Virus record (IMG/VR): IMGVR_UViG_3300022187_000048
Span: 1-48,790 of that record
Reading direction: 5' to 3' (one strand)
DNA from: a virus
Lineage: Duplodnaviria > Caudoviricetes
DNA: 48,790 bases
A program made the translations under genes and the position numbers. This document shows positions 1 through 9,545 of this stretch, piece by piece (position 1 is the stretch's first letter; each line of letters starts with the position of its first letter). The notes below the pieces were generated by a model. The model saw nothing but the letters and a program-made list of their open reading frames with translations. It was not told the DNA's origin and did no database searches.

Positions 1-114
1 GAGGCTAATGAATGCAGCGTCAGTCTTCAGTCGTTTTTGTTCACAAGGCAGCAAGAAGGTAAACTTGCCTTCGGGTCTTGCAAGGCGATTGAAATAGCAG
101 GGGAACGAATTTAG
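1..114 (+). CDS. 3' end of a hypothetical protein (truncated by window edge)
   Basis: Open frame from base 1 (EANECSVSLQSFLF...GERI*) ending at TAG 112-114, just before the next gene. Confidence 0.45.
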   Translation, partial: EANECSVSLQSFLFTRQQEGKLAFGSCKAIEIAGERI

Positions 115-125
115 GGGCAACGAGA

Positions 126-578
126 ATGCTAGCGGAATTAGCCGCTGCCAATGCCGCATTCGGGGTGATTAAACAGGCGATTGCTAATTCACGGGAGTTG
201 GCTGATGTCGGTAAGTCTATAGCATCTTTTGTAAGTGCTGAAGAAGACCTGAAGGCAAAGGCAGAAGCCAAAAAGAAAAGCCCGTGGAATAAGCTGATGG
301 GTAAGGACGCTACGGACTTCGAAGAGTTCTTAGCACTGGAGAAGATCAACCAGCAAAAGGCTCAACTCCAATCCCATATGCGCCTCTACGGTAGACCCGG
401 AATGTATGACGCTTGGGTGGAGTATCAGGCAAAGGCCCGTACCGCTCGTAAGGAAGCCCAGAAGCAACGTGAGAAGGAACGCCAAGAGTTCCTAGAAATC
501 CTCATGTGGCTATTCATTGTGATTGTCGTCTGGGGTGGAGCGGGTGGCGGTCTATACTATTACTTCGTAGGTTTCTAA
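126..578 (+). CDS. Hypothetical phage protein with coiled coil and C-terminal transmembrane helix
   Basis: 150-aa ORF, hydrophobic C-terminus (ILMWLFIVIVVWG), TAATG overlap with next gene. Confidence 0.8.
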   Translation: MLAELAAANAAFGVIKQAIANSRELADVGKSIASFVSAEEDLKAKAEAKKKSPWNKLMGKDATDFEEFLALEKINQQKAQLQSHMRLYGRPGMYDAWVEYQAKARTARKEAQKQREKERQEFLEILMWLFIVIVVWGGAGGGLYYYFVGF

Positions 579-817
579 TGGCCCTAGATAAGAGCAAAAT
601 GAAATGCAACAAGCCTCAGCGAACACCTGATGGACCTAAAAAATTTGTCGTTAAGGCTTGTAAGAATGGCAAAGAGAAAATCATCAGATTTGGCGACCCA
701 GAGATGCGCATTAAGAAGAGTAATCCAGAGCGTCGAAAGTCATTCCGAGCGAGACACAAGTGCGACACGGCGAAGGATAAATTCACCGCGAGATACTGGT
801 CGTGTAAGAAGTGGTAG
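578..817 (+). CDS. Small basic conserved phage protein (KIIRFG...RRKSFRARHKC...ARYWSC motif)
   Basis: ATG at 578 overlaps the upstream stop (TAATG); 79-aa Lys/Arg-rich protein with a motif I recognise from marine phages. Confidence 0.8.
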   Translation: MALDKSKMKCNKPQRTPDGPKKFVVKACKNGKEKIIRFGDPEMRIKKSNPERRKSFRARHKCDTAKDKFTARYWSCKKW

Positions 818-823
818 GTAGAT

Positions 824-961
824 ATGTCCCTAGTCCAAAATATTAACAAGCGGAAGAAGGCTGGAACCAGCCGCTCCAAGAAGAACAGTACAGTAAGTCC
901 GAAGGCGTACAGTGATATGCAAAAGGGCTGGCCTAAGAAGAAGCAGAAGAAAAAAGGATAG
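824..961 (+). CDS. 45-aa very basic protein (MSLVQNINKRKKAGTSRSKKNSTVSPKAYSDMQKGWPKKKQKKKG)
   Basis: Read directly, not in ORF track; GGTAG RBS-like sequence upstream; fills the gap between neighbours exactly. Confidence 0.75.
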   Translation: MSLVQNINKRKKAGTSRSKKNSTVSPKAYSDMQKGWPKKKQKKKG

Positions 962-964
962 GTA

Positions 965-1231
965 ATGTCCGATGATAGGCTGAGTCGCATGGAAGAGAAG
1001 CTAGATCGTTTATCCGAAGCAGTAGTCGCAATGGCGCGGATGGAAGAACGAATGCTAACTCTCTTCAAGCGAATGGATAAATTCGATAGTTGCATTCAGA
1101 AGGTCGATGACCGCCTAGACGAGATGGAGCGTCAGGCCATTGCCCGTGGTCAGAAGATCGCATTCGCGGAGCGCATATTCTGGATGATCTGCACTGGCGC
1201 AGTCGGCCTAGCATTCGTTTACTTGAGGTAA
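965..1231 (+). CDS. Coiled-coil protein with C-terminal TM helix (possibly holin/XhlA-like)
   Basis: 88-aa ORF; heptad pattern followed by hydrophobic IFWMICTGAVGLAFVYL. Confidence 0.7.
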   Translation: MSDDRLSRMEEKLDRLSEAVVAMARMEERMLTLFKRMDKFDSCIQKVDDRLDEMERQAIARGQKIAFAERIFWMICTGAVGLAFVYLR

Positions 1232-1233
1232 TT

Positions 1234-1608
1234 ATGGAACAGAAGAAAGAATTAACAGACAAGCAGAAGCTGTTTCTAGATGCCCTGATGACTGAGGAGT
1301 GCAAGGGCAATATCAAGAAGGCTATGAAGGTGGCTGGCTACGCAGACAACACCTCTAGCACTGTCGTGGTAGCCGCACTCAAGGAAGAGATCAATGAACG
1401 AGCGGCTATGGTGATGGCTATGAACGCGCCTAAAGCTGCATGGGGAATGGTAGACGTACTCGACGATCCGAGTGCTATGGGAGCCAGAAACTCTATTGCG
1501 GCGGCTGCACAGATTCTAGACCGCACTGGCTTGATCAAGAAGGACCAAGTAGAAGTTAAAAATACAGGCGGTGCAATGTTTATATTGCCACCGAAAAGTG
1601 AAGAGTGA
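1234..1608 (+). CDS. Terminase small subunit (putative)
   Basis: N-terminal LTDKQKLF...AMKVAGY HTH pattern typical of TerS; directly upstream of TerL. Confidence 0.75.
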   Translation: MEQKKELTDKQKLFLDALMTEECKGNIKKAMKVAGYADNTSSTVVVAALKEEINERAAMVMAMNAPKAAWGMVDVLDDPSAMGARNSIAAAAQILDRTGLIKKDQVEVKNTGGAMFILPPKSEE

Positions 1609-3476
1609 GCATCTGGCTTAATAAGAGCAGAGCCAACAAGACAGCGAAGATACCATACGCCTACGTGGCATCTGAGGACGACCCACTAGTCCTAGTACCA
1701 GATGAGGCGAAGGCAGTACTCGTAGAAGAGGCTCTAGACTATTTGGAAGAGGGACACTCCAGTCGAAAGACTGCTGAGTGGCTGACTTCTAAGACTGGCG
1801 ATAAGATATCGCACCAAGGTCTAATACACATTTGGAAGGACCGTAGAGGGCCAGACAGTCCGACACCTTCTAAACGCCTGAAGGAACTGGCGAAGCAGAA
1901 TAGGAAGCGTAAGCCTAAGACTACGGAAGAGAAGAGACTAGCAGCGGCGAAGCGAAAGCAGACTGACGCTAAACGCCTACTAACTATTGCCAAGAAACGC
2001 CTCGAAGGATTACAACCAGAAGAACAATTAGATACTTCCAATCTAGATTTTTCTGTGATAGAATCTGAGAAGAAGAAGCAAGAAGTAATATTTGCTCCTA
2101 ATGAGGGACCACAGACAGAGTTCCTCGCGGCTTCAGAGAGAGAAGTGCTATATGGCGGGGCCGCTGGAGGTGGCAAGTCGTATGGACTACTCGCAGACCC
2201 TATGCGGTACTTCTCAAACCCTAATTTTAATGGCCTAATACTACGTAGAACTAATGACGAATTACGTGAACTTATTTGGAAAAGCCAAGAGCTATATCCT
2301 AGAGCTTTTCAAGGAGCTAAGTGGGCTGAGAAAAAGTCTCAGTGGACGTTTCCATCAGGCGCAAAACTGTGGCTCACGTATCTGGAAAGAGATCAAGACG
2401 TTCTACGCTACCAAGGTCAAGCGTTCTCGTATGTAGCATTCGACGAACTGACCCAGTATCCCACCCCCTTCGCGTGGAATTATATGAGGTCTCGACTGCG
2501 TACTACCGACCCCACCCTGCCCATCTACATGAGGGCGACTACTAACCCCGGAGGAAGTGGTCACGGCTGGGTGAAGCGGATGTTTATAGACCCCGCGCCA
2601 GCGAATACGAAGTTCGTGGCAAAGGATTTAGACTCTGGAGATGACTTAGTCTTTCCAGAGGGGCATGAGAAGGCTGGTGAGCCGCTGTTCTACAGGCGAT
2701 TTATACCAGCTAGCCTGAAAGATAACCCATATCTCATGGAAGGTGGGCAGTACGAGGCCAACCTACTCTCTCTCCCTGAGATGCAACGTAGACAATTACT
2801 AGAGGGAGACTGGGCAGTTGCAGATGGAGCGGCATTTCCTGAGTTTAGACAGGCGACACACGTTGTCGAACCTTATGACATTCCCCCAGATTGGCGGCGG
2901 TTTCGGTCCTGTGACTTTGGATATAGTTCTTATAGTGCTGTTCACTGGTTTGCAATTGATCCAAACTACGACACCCTAGTCTGCTACAGGGAATTATACC
3001 TCAGTAAGCACACTGGACGCGACTTGGCTAAGGCAGTCCTAGAGGCAGAGGGTCCAGAACGCATCGACTACGGAGTATTGGACAGTAGTTGCTGGCACAA
3101 TCGAGGTCAAATCGGCCCGTCTATAGCAGAAGAGATGATTTCTATGGGCTGTAGGTGGCGACCAAGCGACAGGACTAACGGCGCACGTATAGCAGGTAAG
3201 AACAGACTGCACGAAGTGCTAAAAGTAGACGAGGAAACAGGCGTAGCTGGCATAGTATTCTTCAATACCTGCCGACAAATCATAGCCGACCTGCCCGTCA
3301 TACCATCTGATCCGCGTGGCACAGACGACATCGACCCCAGATACGCCTCAGATCACGCATACGACAGCGTCAGATACGCAGTAATGAGCAGACCACGCGC
3401 TAGATCGCCCTTCGACTGGGGTCAAGGCATTCCACAACAGCGTTGGCAACCCGCTGACGCAACATTTGGGTACTAA
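1605..3476 (+). CDS. terL: Terminase large subunit with N-terminal HTH-like extension
   Basis: Walker A YGGAAGGGKS, Walker B FDE, motif III ATTNPGG, nuclease DFG and DHAYDSVRY. Confidence 0.95.
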   Translation: MSIWLNKSRANKTAKIPYAYVASEDDPLVLVPDEAKAVLVEEALDYLEEGHSSRKTAEWLTSKTGDKISHQGLIHIWKDRRGPDSPTPSKRLKELAKQNRKRKPKTTEEKRLAAAKRKQTDAKRLLTIAKKRLEGLQPEEQLDTSNLDFSVIESEKKKQEVIFAPNEGPQTEFLAASEREVLYGGAAGGGKSYGLLADPMRYFSNPNFNGLILRRTNDELRELIWKSQELYPRAFQGAKWAEKKSQWTFPSGAKLWLTYLERDQDVLRYQGQAFSYVAFDELTQYPTPFAWNYMRSRLRTTDPTLPIYMRATTNPGGSGHGWVKRMFIDPAPANTKFVAKDLDSGDDLVFPEGHEKAGEPLFYRRFIPASLKDNPYLMEGGQYEANLLSLPEMQRRQLLEGDWAVADGAAFPEFRQATHVVEPYDIPPDWRRFRSCDFGYSSYSAVHWFAIDPNYDTLVCYRELYLSKHTGRDLAKAVLEAEGPERIDYGVLDSSCWHNRGQIGPSIAEEMISMGCRWRPSDRTNGARIAGKNRLHEVLKVDEETGVAGIVFFNTCRQIIADLPVIPSDPRGTDDIDPRYASDHAYDSVRYAVMSRPRARSPFDWGQGIPQQRWQPADATFGY

Positions 3477-3478
3477 AT

Positions 3479-5626
3479 ATGGCATTAATGGACAAACCCT
3501 TACCAGAAGACATTACAGATACCACCCTAGCGGTCCCTCTAGAGGAAGACGGTGACGTTGTAGAGGAAAATACCAGCTTCTCTGGGGCTGTAGCCTTCGT
3601 AGAGAGCCAATATCGCCGCTCAAAAGACGCTCGACTGGTAGACGAGGAGCGTTGGCTGAACTCCTACCGCAATTATCGTGGCCTATACTCCCAAGAAGTC
3701 CAATTTACAGAGGCCGAGAAGTCAAAAGCCTTCATAAAAGTCACTAAGACCAAAGTCTTGGCGGCATATGCTCAAGTCGTGGACGTATTATTCGCTGGAT
3801 CGAAGTTTCCTATTGGTATTGAGGCCCGTCAGTTCCCAAATAACGTGGCAGACGCCGTAAATTACAATCCAAACGCCCTGACAGACGAAAAAGTCAAGGA
3901 TACGGTGAATGTGGAGTACTCCGTACCCAAATCTATAGCCCGTCCCGACATAGCGAAGGACTTGGGGCTGTATAAGGAGCGACTAGAGCCAGTCAAAGAC
4001 GAATTAGAGGTCGGAGCGGGTACACTTCCGGGGTCTATTACCTTTGAGCCAGCAAAACGTGCAGCCCAGAAGATGGAAAAGCTAATGCACGACCAGTTGG
4101 ACGAGACTGACGCGCCAAAGCACCTACGATCAGTGGCATTCGAGTGTACTCTGTTTGGAACGGGCGTATTCAAGGGTCCATTCGCTATGGACAAGGAATA
4201 TCCGCGCTGGGACGAGGAAGGTAACTACGATCCGCTGTTTGAAACTATTCCGAAGATGGAATATGTCTCCATCTGGGATTTCTACCCAGACCCAGACGCA
4301 CGTAATATGTCTGAGGCAGAATTTACTATTCAACGTCACCGACTAAACCGCACTCAGATGCGTACCCTGAAGAAGCGTCCACACTTCCGCGACGAGAGCA
4401 TAGAGATAGCCCTAGAGTACGGACCATCCTACCAACGTGAGTACTGGGAAGACGCACTAGAGGACGACTCCGTATCATCCGACATGGATCGCTACGAGGT
4501 ATTAGAATACTGGGGTATTTTGGACGCAGAGCTTGCGGAAGAGGCAGATATTGATATCCCACGCGAGTTGCAGGACAAAGACGAAATCCAAGTGAATATC
4601 TGGGTATGTAACAACCAGATTATCCGCATGGTGCTAAATCCCTTCACTCCTAGCCGCATCCCCTACCTATCCGTTCCATACGAACTAAACCCATACAGCT
4701 TCTTCGGCATTGGCGTGGCAGAGAATATGACCGACACGCAATTGCTAATGAATGGCTTTATGCGAATGGCGGTAGACAACGGCGCACTATCTGGAAACCT
4801 ATTAATCGAGGTAGATGAGACTAACCTAGTACCGGGACAGGATATGTCAGTGTATCCGGGCAAGGTATTCCGTAGACAGGCTGGCGCACCGGGACAGGCC
4901 ATCTTCGGCACCAAATTTCCTAATGTTTCCCAAGAGTTACTTATGATGTTTGACAAGAGCCGACAGCTTGCAGACGAGGCCACAGGCATTCCGTCATACA
5001 GTCACGGCTCTGGCGCAGTAGGCGGCGTGGGACGTACTGCCAGTGGTATGTCTATGCTGATGGGTGCAGCGGCTCAGAACATTAAGGCCGTTGTTCGTAA
5101 TATCGACGACTACTTGCTGGGGCCACTAGGCAAGGCTCTGTTCGCATTCAATATGCAGTTCAATTTCAACAAAGAGTTTATTGGTGATCTAGACGTTAAG
5201 GCGCGTGGCACTGAGAGCCTAATGCGCAACGAAGTACGTAGCCAGCGACTACTACAGTTCATGCAGATGACCAGTAACCCACAGATGGCTCCGTTTGTTA
5301 AATACGATTACATCCTACGCGAGTTGGCTTCCTCTATGGACTTGGACGAGGACAAGATACTCAACGATCCACGCGAGGCAGCTATTCAGCAAAAGATGAT
5401 GGCTGAGATACAGGCTCTAATGCCACAACAGCCCCCCGCCCCCGAAGGCGAACAGCCGCAAGGCGCACCATCCCCACAAGACCCCACAGGTAACGGCAAT
5501 GGTAATATAGCTGCAGGAGCGGCACCAGAACCAGACGCTGCAGGGTTTACTGGCGGCGGCGGTGGAGCAAACGGCGGTAACGCACCTCAACCACAACAAC
5601 CACCACAGCAAGGTCCAGTACAATAA
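3479..5626 (+). CDS. Portal protein
   Basis: 715 aa following TerL; podoviral portal patterns (SIWDFYPDP, FFGIGVAE, EATGIP...G, RTASGMSML); Pro/Gln-rich tail. Confidence 0.9.
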   Translation: MALMDKPLPEDITDTTLAVPLEEDGDVVEENTSFSGAVAFVESQYRRSKDARLVDEERWLNSYRNYRGLYSQEVQFTEAEKSKAFIKVTKTKVLAAYAQVVDVLFAGSKFPIGIEARQFPNNVADAVNYNPNALTDEKVKDTVNVEYSVPKSIARPDIAKDLGLYKERLEPVKDELEVGAGTLPGSITFEPAKRAAQKMEKLMHDQLDETDAPKHLRSVAFECTLFGTGVFKGPFAMDKEYPRWDEEGNYDPLFETIPKMEYVSIWDFYPDPDARNMSEAEFTIQRHRLNRTQMRTLKKRPHFRDESIEIALEYGPSYQREYWEDALEDDSVSSDMDRYEVLEYWGILDAELAEEADIDIPRELQDKDEIQVNIWVCNNQIIRMVLNPFTPSRIPYLSVPYELNPYSFFGIGVAENMTDTQLLMNGFMRMAVDNGALSGNLLIEVDETNLVPGQDMSVYPGKVFRRQAGAPGQAIFGTKFPNVSQELLMMFDKSRQLADEATGIPSYSHGSGAVGGVGRTASGMSMLMGAAAQNIKAVVRNIDDYLLGPLGKALFAFNMQFNFNKEFIGDLDVKARGTESLMRNEVRSQRLLQFMQMTSNPQMAPFVKYDYILRELASSMDLDEDKILNDPREAAIQQKMMAEIQALMPQQPPAPEGEQPQGAPSPQDPTGNGNGNIAAGAAPEPDAAGFTGGGGGANGGNAPQPQQPPQQGPVQ

Positions 5627-5841
5627 TGGATAAACAGTTTTATCGTTCTCTATTACCGCTCGTAAACGATAAGGACCAACACCAGACGCTAAAAGACTAC
5701 GCAGACCGCCGCATCAAGACTATGCACAGTCTGCTCGAAACAACCAAAGACCACAACCGAATCCTAGAGATACAGGGCGCAATAGCAGAGCTACGGCGTT
5801 TCCATACTCTGAGAGATGAGGTAATTAAGGGAGCCGAATAA
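5626..5841 (+). CDS. Conserved hypothetical protein downstream of portal
   Basis: 71-aa ORF coupled by TAATG at both ends; IQGAIAELRR motif. Confidence 0.75.
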   Translation: MDKQFYRSLLPLVNDKDQHQTLKDYADRRIKTMHSLLETTKDHNRILEIQGAIAELRRFHTLRDEVIKGAE

Positions 5842-8348
5842 TGGGCTTTTACGAGTACTTCTTCGGGGAAGACAAACCAGAAGACGATCTTGAAAAGACA
5901 CAAAAAGGGATGGGCTACGGTGAGCTTATTCTGGATAATGTCGTAGGTCTAGATAATGAGTACGATAGCTTTGGTGAAAAGCTAGGACGCTACATTAACG
6001 AAGACGAGATTGGATTCCTGAAGGAGACTGGTCGGGGAATGTACGAAGGTGCAAAAGACTTTGTACAAGCTCCTATTGAGACAACTAAAGAAGCAGTACG
6101 AGATGTAGTAGACAGCACCAAGGCTTTGTTTACTCAAGACCTCGATGACCGACTTATGGATATGTATGGCGTAGACATCACTAACGCCACAGGTGATCAG
6201 ATTAATGCTGCCAGAGAAAGTATCTTAGGTGATGCTCTTAATGCGTCTTCTCTAATACCCGCTGCAGGTGCAGGTGCTATGGGTGTACGTACCTTAGCTA
6301 AGGCTATGCCTGAGTATGATCCTACTATGGTAGGCAGTAATTTAGGTAATATGTTTAGCGGGGAGATGCCACCCGCCGCAAATGCCCAGAAGACACAGAT
6401 CGCAGGTACACTACCTACATATATGAAAGCAGATACTCTGCTAACTGATATGTCTGGTGAAGGTAAAACACTAGACTACGGTGCAGGACTAGGTCTATCT
6501 CAGCGTGAGCTTGGTTATGATACTTTTGAGCCATTTCCTCGCGCTGGCTTTGAGCCTACCTACAGCGCGGGTACAGACATTCCAGATGCGTCCTATGGTC
6601 GTGTAACCAATCTTAACGTACTTAATGTGGTCCCTAGAGAGACCCGCGATAGTATTGTTCTTGATATTGGTCGTATCCTTGAGCCAAACGGTACAGCTAT
6701 TATTACTACCAGAGGCCGAGATGTATTGAACGCAAAAGGTACGGCTGGCCCAGAAGATATGTCTATTATTACTTCTGCAGGTACATATCAAAAAGGTTTC
6801 ACGCAGAAAGAGCTTCGTGAGTACATACAGTCTACGTTAGGAGATAACTTCGAGGTTACTAACAACCAGCTAGGTGCTGCAGGTGTTACTATCCGCAAGA
6901 AGAGTTCTGGTACAGTACCTGCGTCAGTAGTAGATCAAACAGAAGAGATGCTCGACATTGATCGTCGAGTAGATACTCGCCTACCAACTACACCAGAAGA
7001 AAAAGGTGGAGATGCAGGTCAGATTGGTACAGGTACTATGGTATCTGATACTGAAGCACTTATGCGCGGTAACTCTGCTATGGCGCAGAACTTTGCTATG
7101 ATGGCAGAGAACTATCCCGGTTTACGTAACTTGTGGTCAGAAGATGTTACTCAGACTGCACAAAACGTAATCTCTCGTATGACTGATAACATCGTAAGTC
7201 TCTACGATATGTCAGACCGTCTAGGAATAGCTAAGGACTCAGCCAATTGGTATCGTGGTGCTAACCGTATTGCACTAGGATTATCAGACCGTTTTGGCAT
7301 CTCTGATACAAAGACTGCAGGTGTTCTAGCAGCCCTAAGCCCCGGAAAAGACTGGTATCAGAACGTGGGTATGGGTGAACGTATTATTAAGCATAATGCG
7401 GAGCTAGGCAATAATGCGCCGTGGACCCCAGAGATGGATGCTATTGCTACCACTGAAAAGAAAGGTGGCTCTAAGGGCGGTACAGCTTGGCAGAAGCAGA
7501 AAGAGTTTGAAACTGTACGCGGCAGACCTTGGGGTGAAATGGAGACCCCACTACAGAAGGCTATGTGGATACGCGCCTATGATGAAGCACACTTTGGCAC
7601 TAACTTCCGAGAGGTAAGTCCTGAAGGCGATATACTTGGTGTAGTTGCTACAAAGTCAGGCGCACCCTCTAAGCTAGTACACCAGAGCTTCGATAATATG
7701 GCTAAGGCTATCCGTATTCTAGATGGTGATGGTACGTTAGAAAGCATCTCACCTGAGCTAGGCGGGGCGCACAAAGTACGTAACTTCTTTAACAACATTC
7801 TGAATCCAGACAGTCCTAAAGATGTAACCGTAGACACACACCAGATTGCGGCAGGTTTGTTTAGACCTCTTGGTCAGAACTCTAACGAAGTTAACCAAGG
7901 TCTTACTGGTGCCAGTGCAACAGGTAACCCAGCCCGTTGGTCTAACTTAGGTAAGGCAGAGACTGGAATGCGCGGCAGCTACGGTTTGTACTTTGATGCA
8001 ACTACAGAAGCAGCCAAGCTAAGGAATGTACTGCCGCGTGAGATGCAGTCCGTATCTTGGGAGCAGTTACGTACATTGTTCCCTAAAGAGATGAAAAACA
8101 ACAAGAATTTTATCTCAAGCGTGGATGCTATTTGGCGTATGGTTGATGACGGTACTCTAGATGCAAACGGCGCACGTGAAATGATTATTGCCGAAGCTGA
8201 AAAGGTAGGTGCTGGCGGCGTACCTAGCTGGAAGAATTACATCGGAGACCGCCGTGATATTGGTATTGCTACTGCAGGTCTGATTGGTTCTGCAGGATTA
8301 GTATCGGCTGAAGAGCAGCCTGAAGAAGGCTTTGCTACACCTCAGTAA
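5841..8348 (+). CDS. Multidomain putative internal virion protein: SAM-dependent methyltransferase domain plus DUF7178-like (HhH-glycosylase-like) domain
   Basis: LDYGAGLG SAM motif and NLNVLNVV (~6390-6900); WY...VLAALSP..W.QN, KVRNFFNNI, VTVDTH, EMQSVSW (~7240-8070); lies between portal and scaffold. Confidence 0.7.
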   Translation: MGFYEYFFGEDKPEDDLEKTQKGMGYGELILDNVVGLDNEYDSFGEKLGRYINEDEIGFLKETGRGMYEGAKDFVQAPIETTKEAVRDVVDSTKALFTQDLDDRLMDMYGVDITNATGDQINAARESILGDALNASSLIPAAGAGAMGVRTLAKAMPEYDPTMVGSNLGNMFSGEMPPAANAQKTQIAGTLPTYMKADTLLTDMSGEGKTLDYGAGLGLSQRELGYDTFEPFPRAGFEPTYSAGTDIPDASYGRVTNLNVLNVVPRETRDSIVLDIGRILEPNGTAIITTRGRDVLNAKGTAGPEDMSIITSAGTYQKGFTQKELREYIQSTLGDNFEVTNNQLGAAGVTIRKKSSGTVPASVVDQTEEMLDIDRRVDTRLPTTPEEKGGDAGQIGTGTMVSDTEALMRGNSAMAQNFAMMAENYPGLRNLWSEDVTQTAQNVISRMTDNIVSLYDMSDRLGIAKDSANWYRGANRIALGLSDRFGISDTKTAGVLAALSPGKDWYQNVGMGERIIKHNAELGNNAPWTPEMDAIATTEKKGGSKGGTAWQKQKEFETVRGRPWGEMETPLQKAMWIRAYDEAHFGTNFREVSPEGDILGVVATKSGAPSKLVHQSFDNMAKAIRILDGDGTLESISPELGGAHKVRNFFNNILNPDSPKDVTVDTHQIAAGLFRPLGQNSNEVNQGLTGASATGNPARWSNLGKAETGMRGSYGLYFDATTEAAKLRNVLPREMQSVSWEQLRTLFPKEMKNNKNFISSVDAIWRMVDDGTLDANGAREMIIAEAEKVGAGGVPSWKNYIGDRRDIGIATAGLIGSAGLVSAEEQPEEGFATPQ

Positions 8349-8357
8349 GGATATTTC

Positions 8358-9509
8358 ATGGACCCTATTCTAGAACACCACTTCTATAATATTGCTAACG
8401 GCACTGCCAAGGTGAACGAGGATGGGTCACTGTCTACGGTAAGAACCGTAATCGTTGACATCGATGGTCGCCAAACTCTGATCCCAACTATCTGGGACGG
8501 AGAGGAACAGCCAATAGACATAGCCATAGATAACGCAATCAATTCAGGCGTTAACTGGCCCAAGGCTTTTGGCGAGAGCGCAGTCCAGCAACTAGAAGAG
8601 CAAGACGCTGAGATACACAGCTTCACCGACGAAAACGGTAAGTTGCTTATGTCAGACGACTACACGCCCGAGGAAGCTCAGGAAATCCTAGACGCAGTCC
8701 AACAGGGATACGACGACAAGGACGAAGGCGAAGAGTTTGGCCTAAAGGACGGCTTAAAACTAGCGGGTGCGGCAGGTCTACTAGGTCTAGAGAAACTAGG
8801 CGTAGACACCTCACCAATTATTAACTGGTACAAGGGCGGTGATACTGGCTTTGCACTGGGCGGCATAGCAACCGCCACCAAGGGTATCACCACAGAAGAG
8901 GGCAGAGAAATGGCAGCTAAGAAGTTTCAATTAGATGAAAAGAAGGCTGATCTGAATGAAAATGGAGAAGTAGACTCCTACGAGAGGGCGCGTGGAGAGG
9001 CTATTCAGAAGAACGTGGACGACGAAATCTTAGACGATGAGAAGCTGCAGATGTACCACGGCGGTATGGCTTGTGGATGCGACGAGTGTACTGGTGGCAT
9101 GGAAGAAGGCATTGCGGGTTACGACGAAGTATCTGGCAACCCTATTCCAATTGGATCGACTGCTAATAACGTAAGAGATGACATCGAGGCGATGATCTCA
9201 GAGGGTGAATACATCCTACCCGCTCACGTAGTGTCGTGGCACGGGCTAAAACATATTCAAGAAATGCAAGCTGAGGCCGAAATGGGGTTGATGTCTATGG
9301 AGATGGACGGCCTGATACAGCACGTAGAACAGTCTGAGGCAGAAGAAGTCGAGGACGAAGAGATCGACGTACCAGAAGAGGACGTTGATGTAGAGGTCGC
9401 CACAGTAGAAGTGGAAGACCAGTTAGAGGATACAGAGGAAGAACTTGAGCCTGTATCAAAACCCCTACCAGCAATGCTTAAAAAACAGAAAATAGCATTT
9501 ATGGTTTAA
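8358..9509 (+). CDS. Acidic head-region/internal protein
   Basis: EVSGNPIP...VRDDIEAMISEGEYILPA motif, EF-hand-like DLNENGEVD, FALGG and MYHGG motifs. Confidence 0.75.
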   Translation: MDPILEHHFYNIANGTAKVNEDGSLSTVRTVIVDIDGRQTLIPTIWDGEEQPIDIAIDNAINSGVNWPKAFGESAVQQLEEQDAEIHSFTDENGKLLMSDDYTPEEAQEILDAVQQGYDDKDEGEEFGLKDGLKLAGAAGLLGLEKLGVDTSPIINWYKGGDTGFALGGIATATKGITTEEGREMAAKKFQLDEKKADLNENGEVDSYERARGEAIQKNVDDEILDDEKLQMYHGGMACGCDECTGGMEEGIAGYDEVSGNPIPIGSTANNVRDDIEAMISEGEYILPAHVVSWHGLKHIQEMQAEAEMGLMSMEMDGLIQHVEQSEAEEVEDEEIDVPEEDVDVEVATVEVEDQLEDTEEELEPVSKPLPAMLKKQKIAFMV

Positions 9510-9545
9510 TTGGATACCCGACTTGTCGGACCCAGTGAGGAAATC

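Noticed and set aside
9510-9545. Upstream ORF-track starts for scaffold, RNR (36990), 45558, 47688 and 48099
   Set aside because: Downstream ATGs have clear Shine-Dalgarno sequences, and the extensions run through RNA structures, promoters or neighbouring genes.
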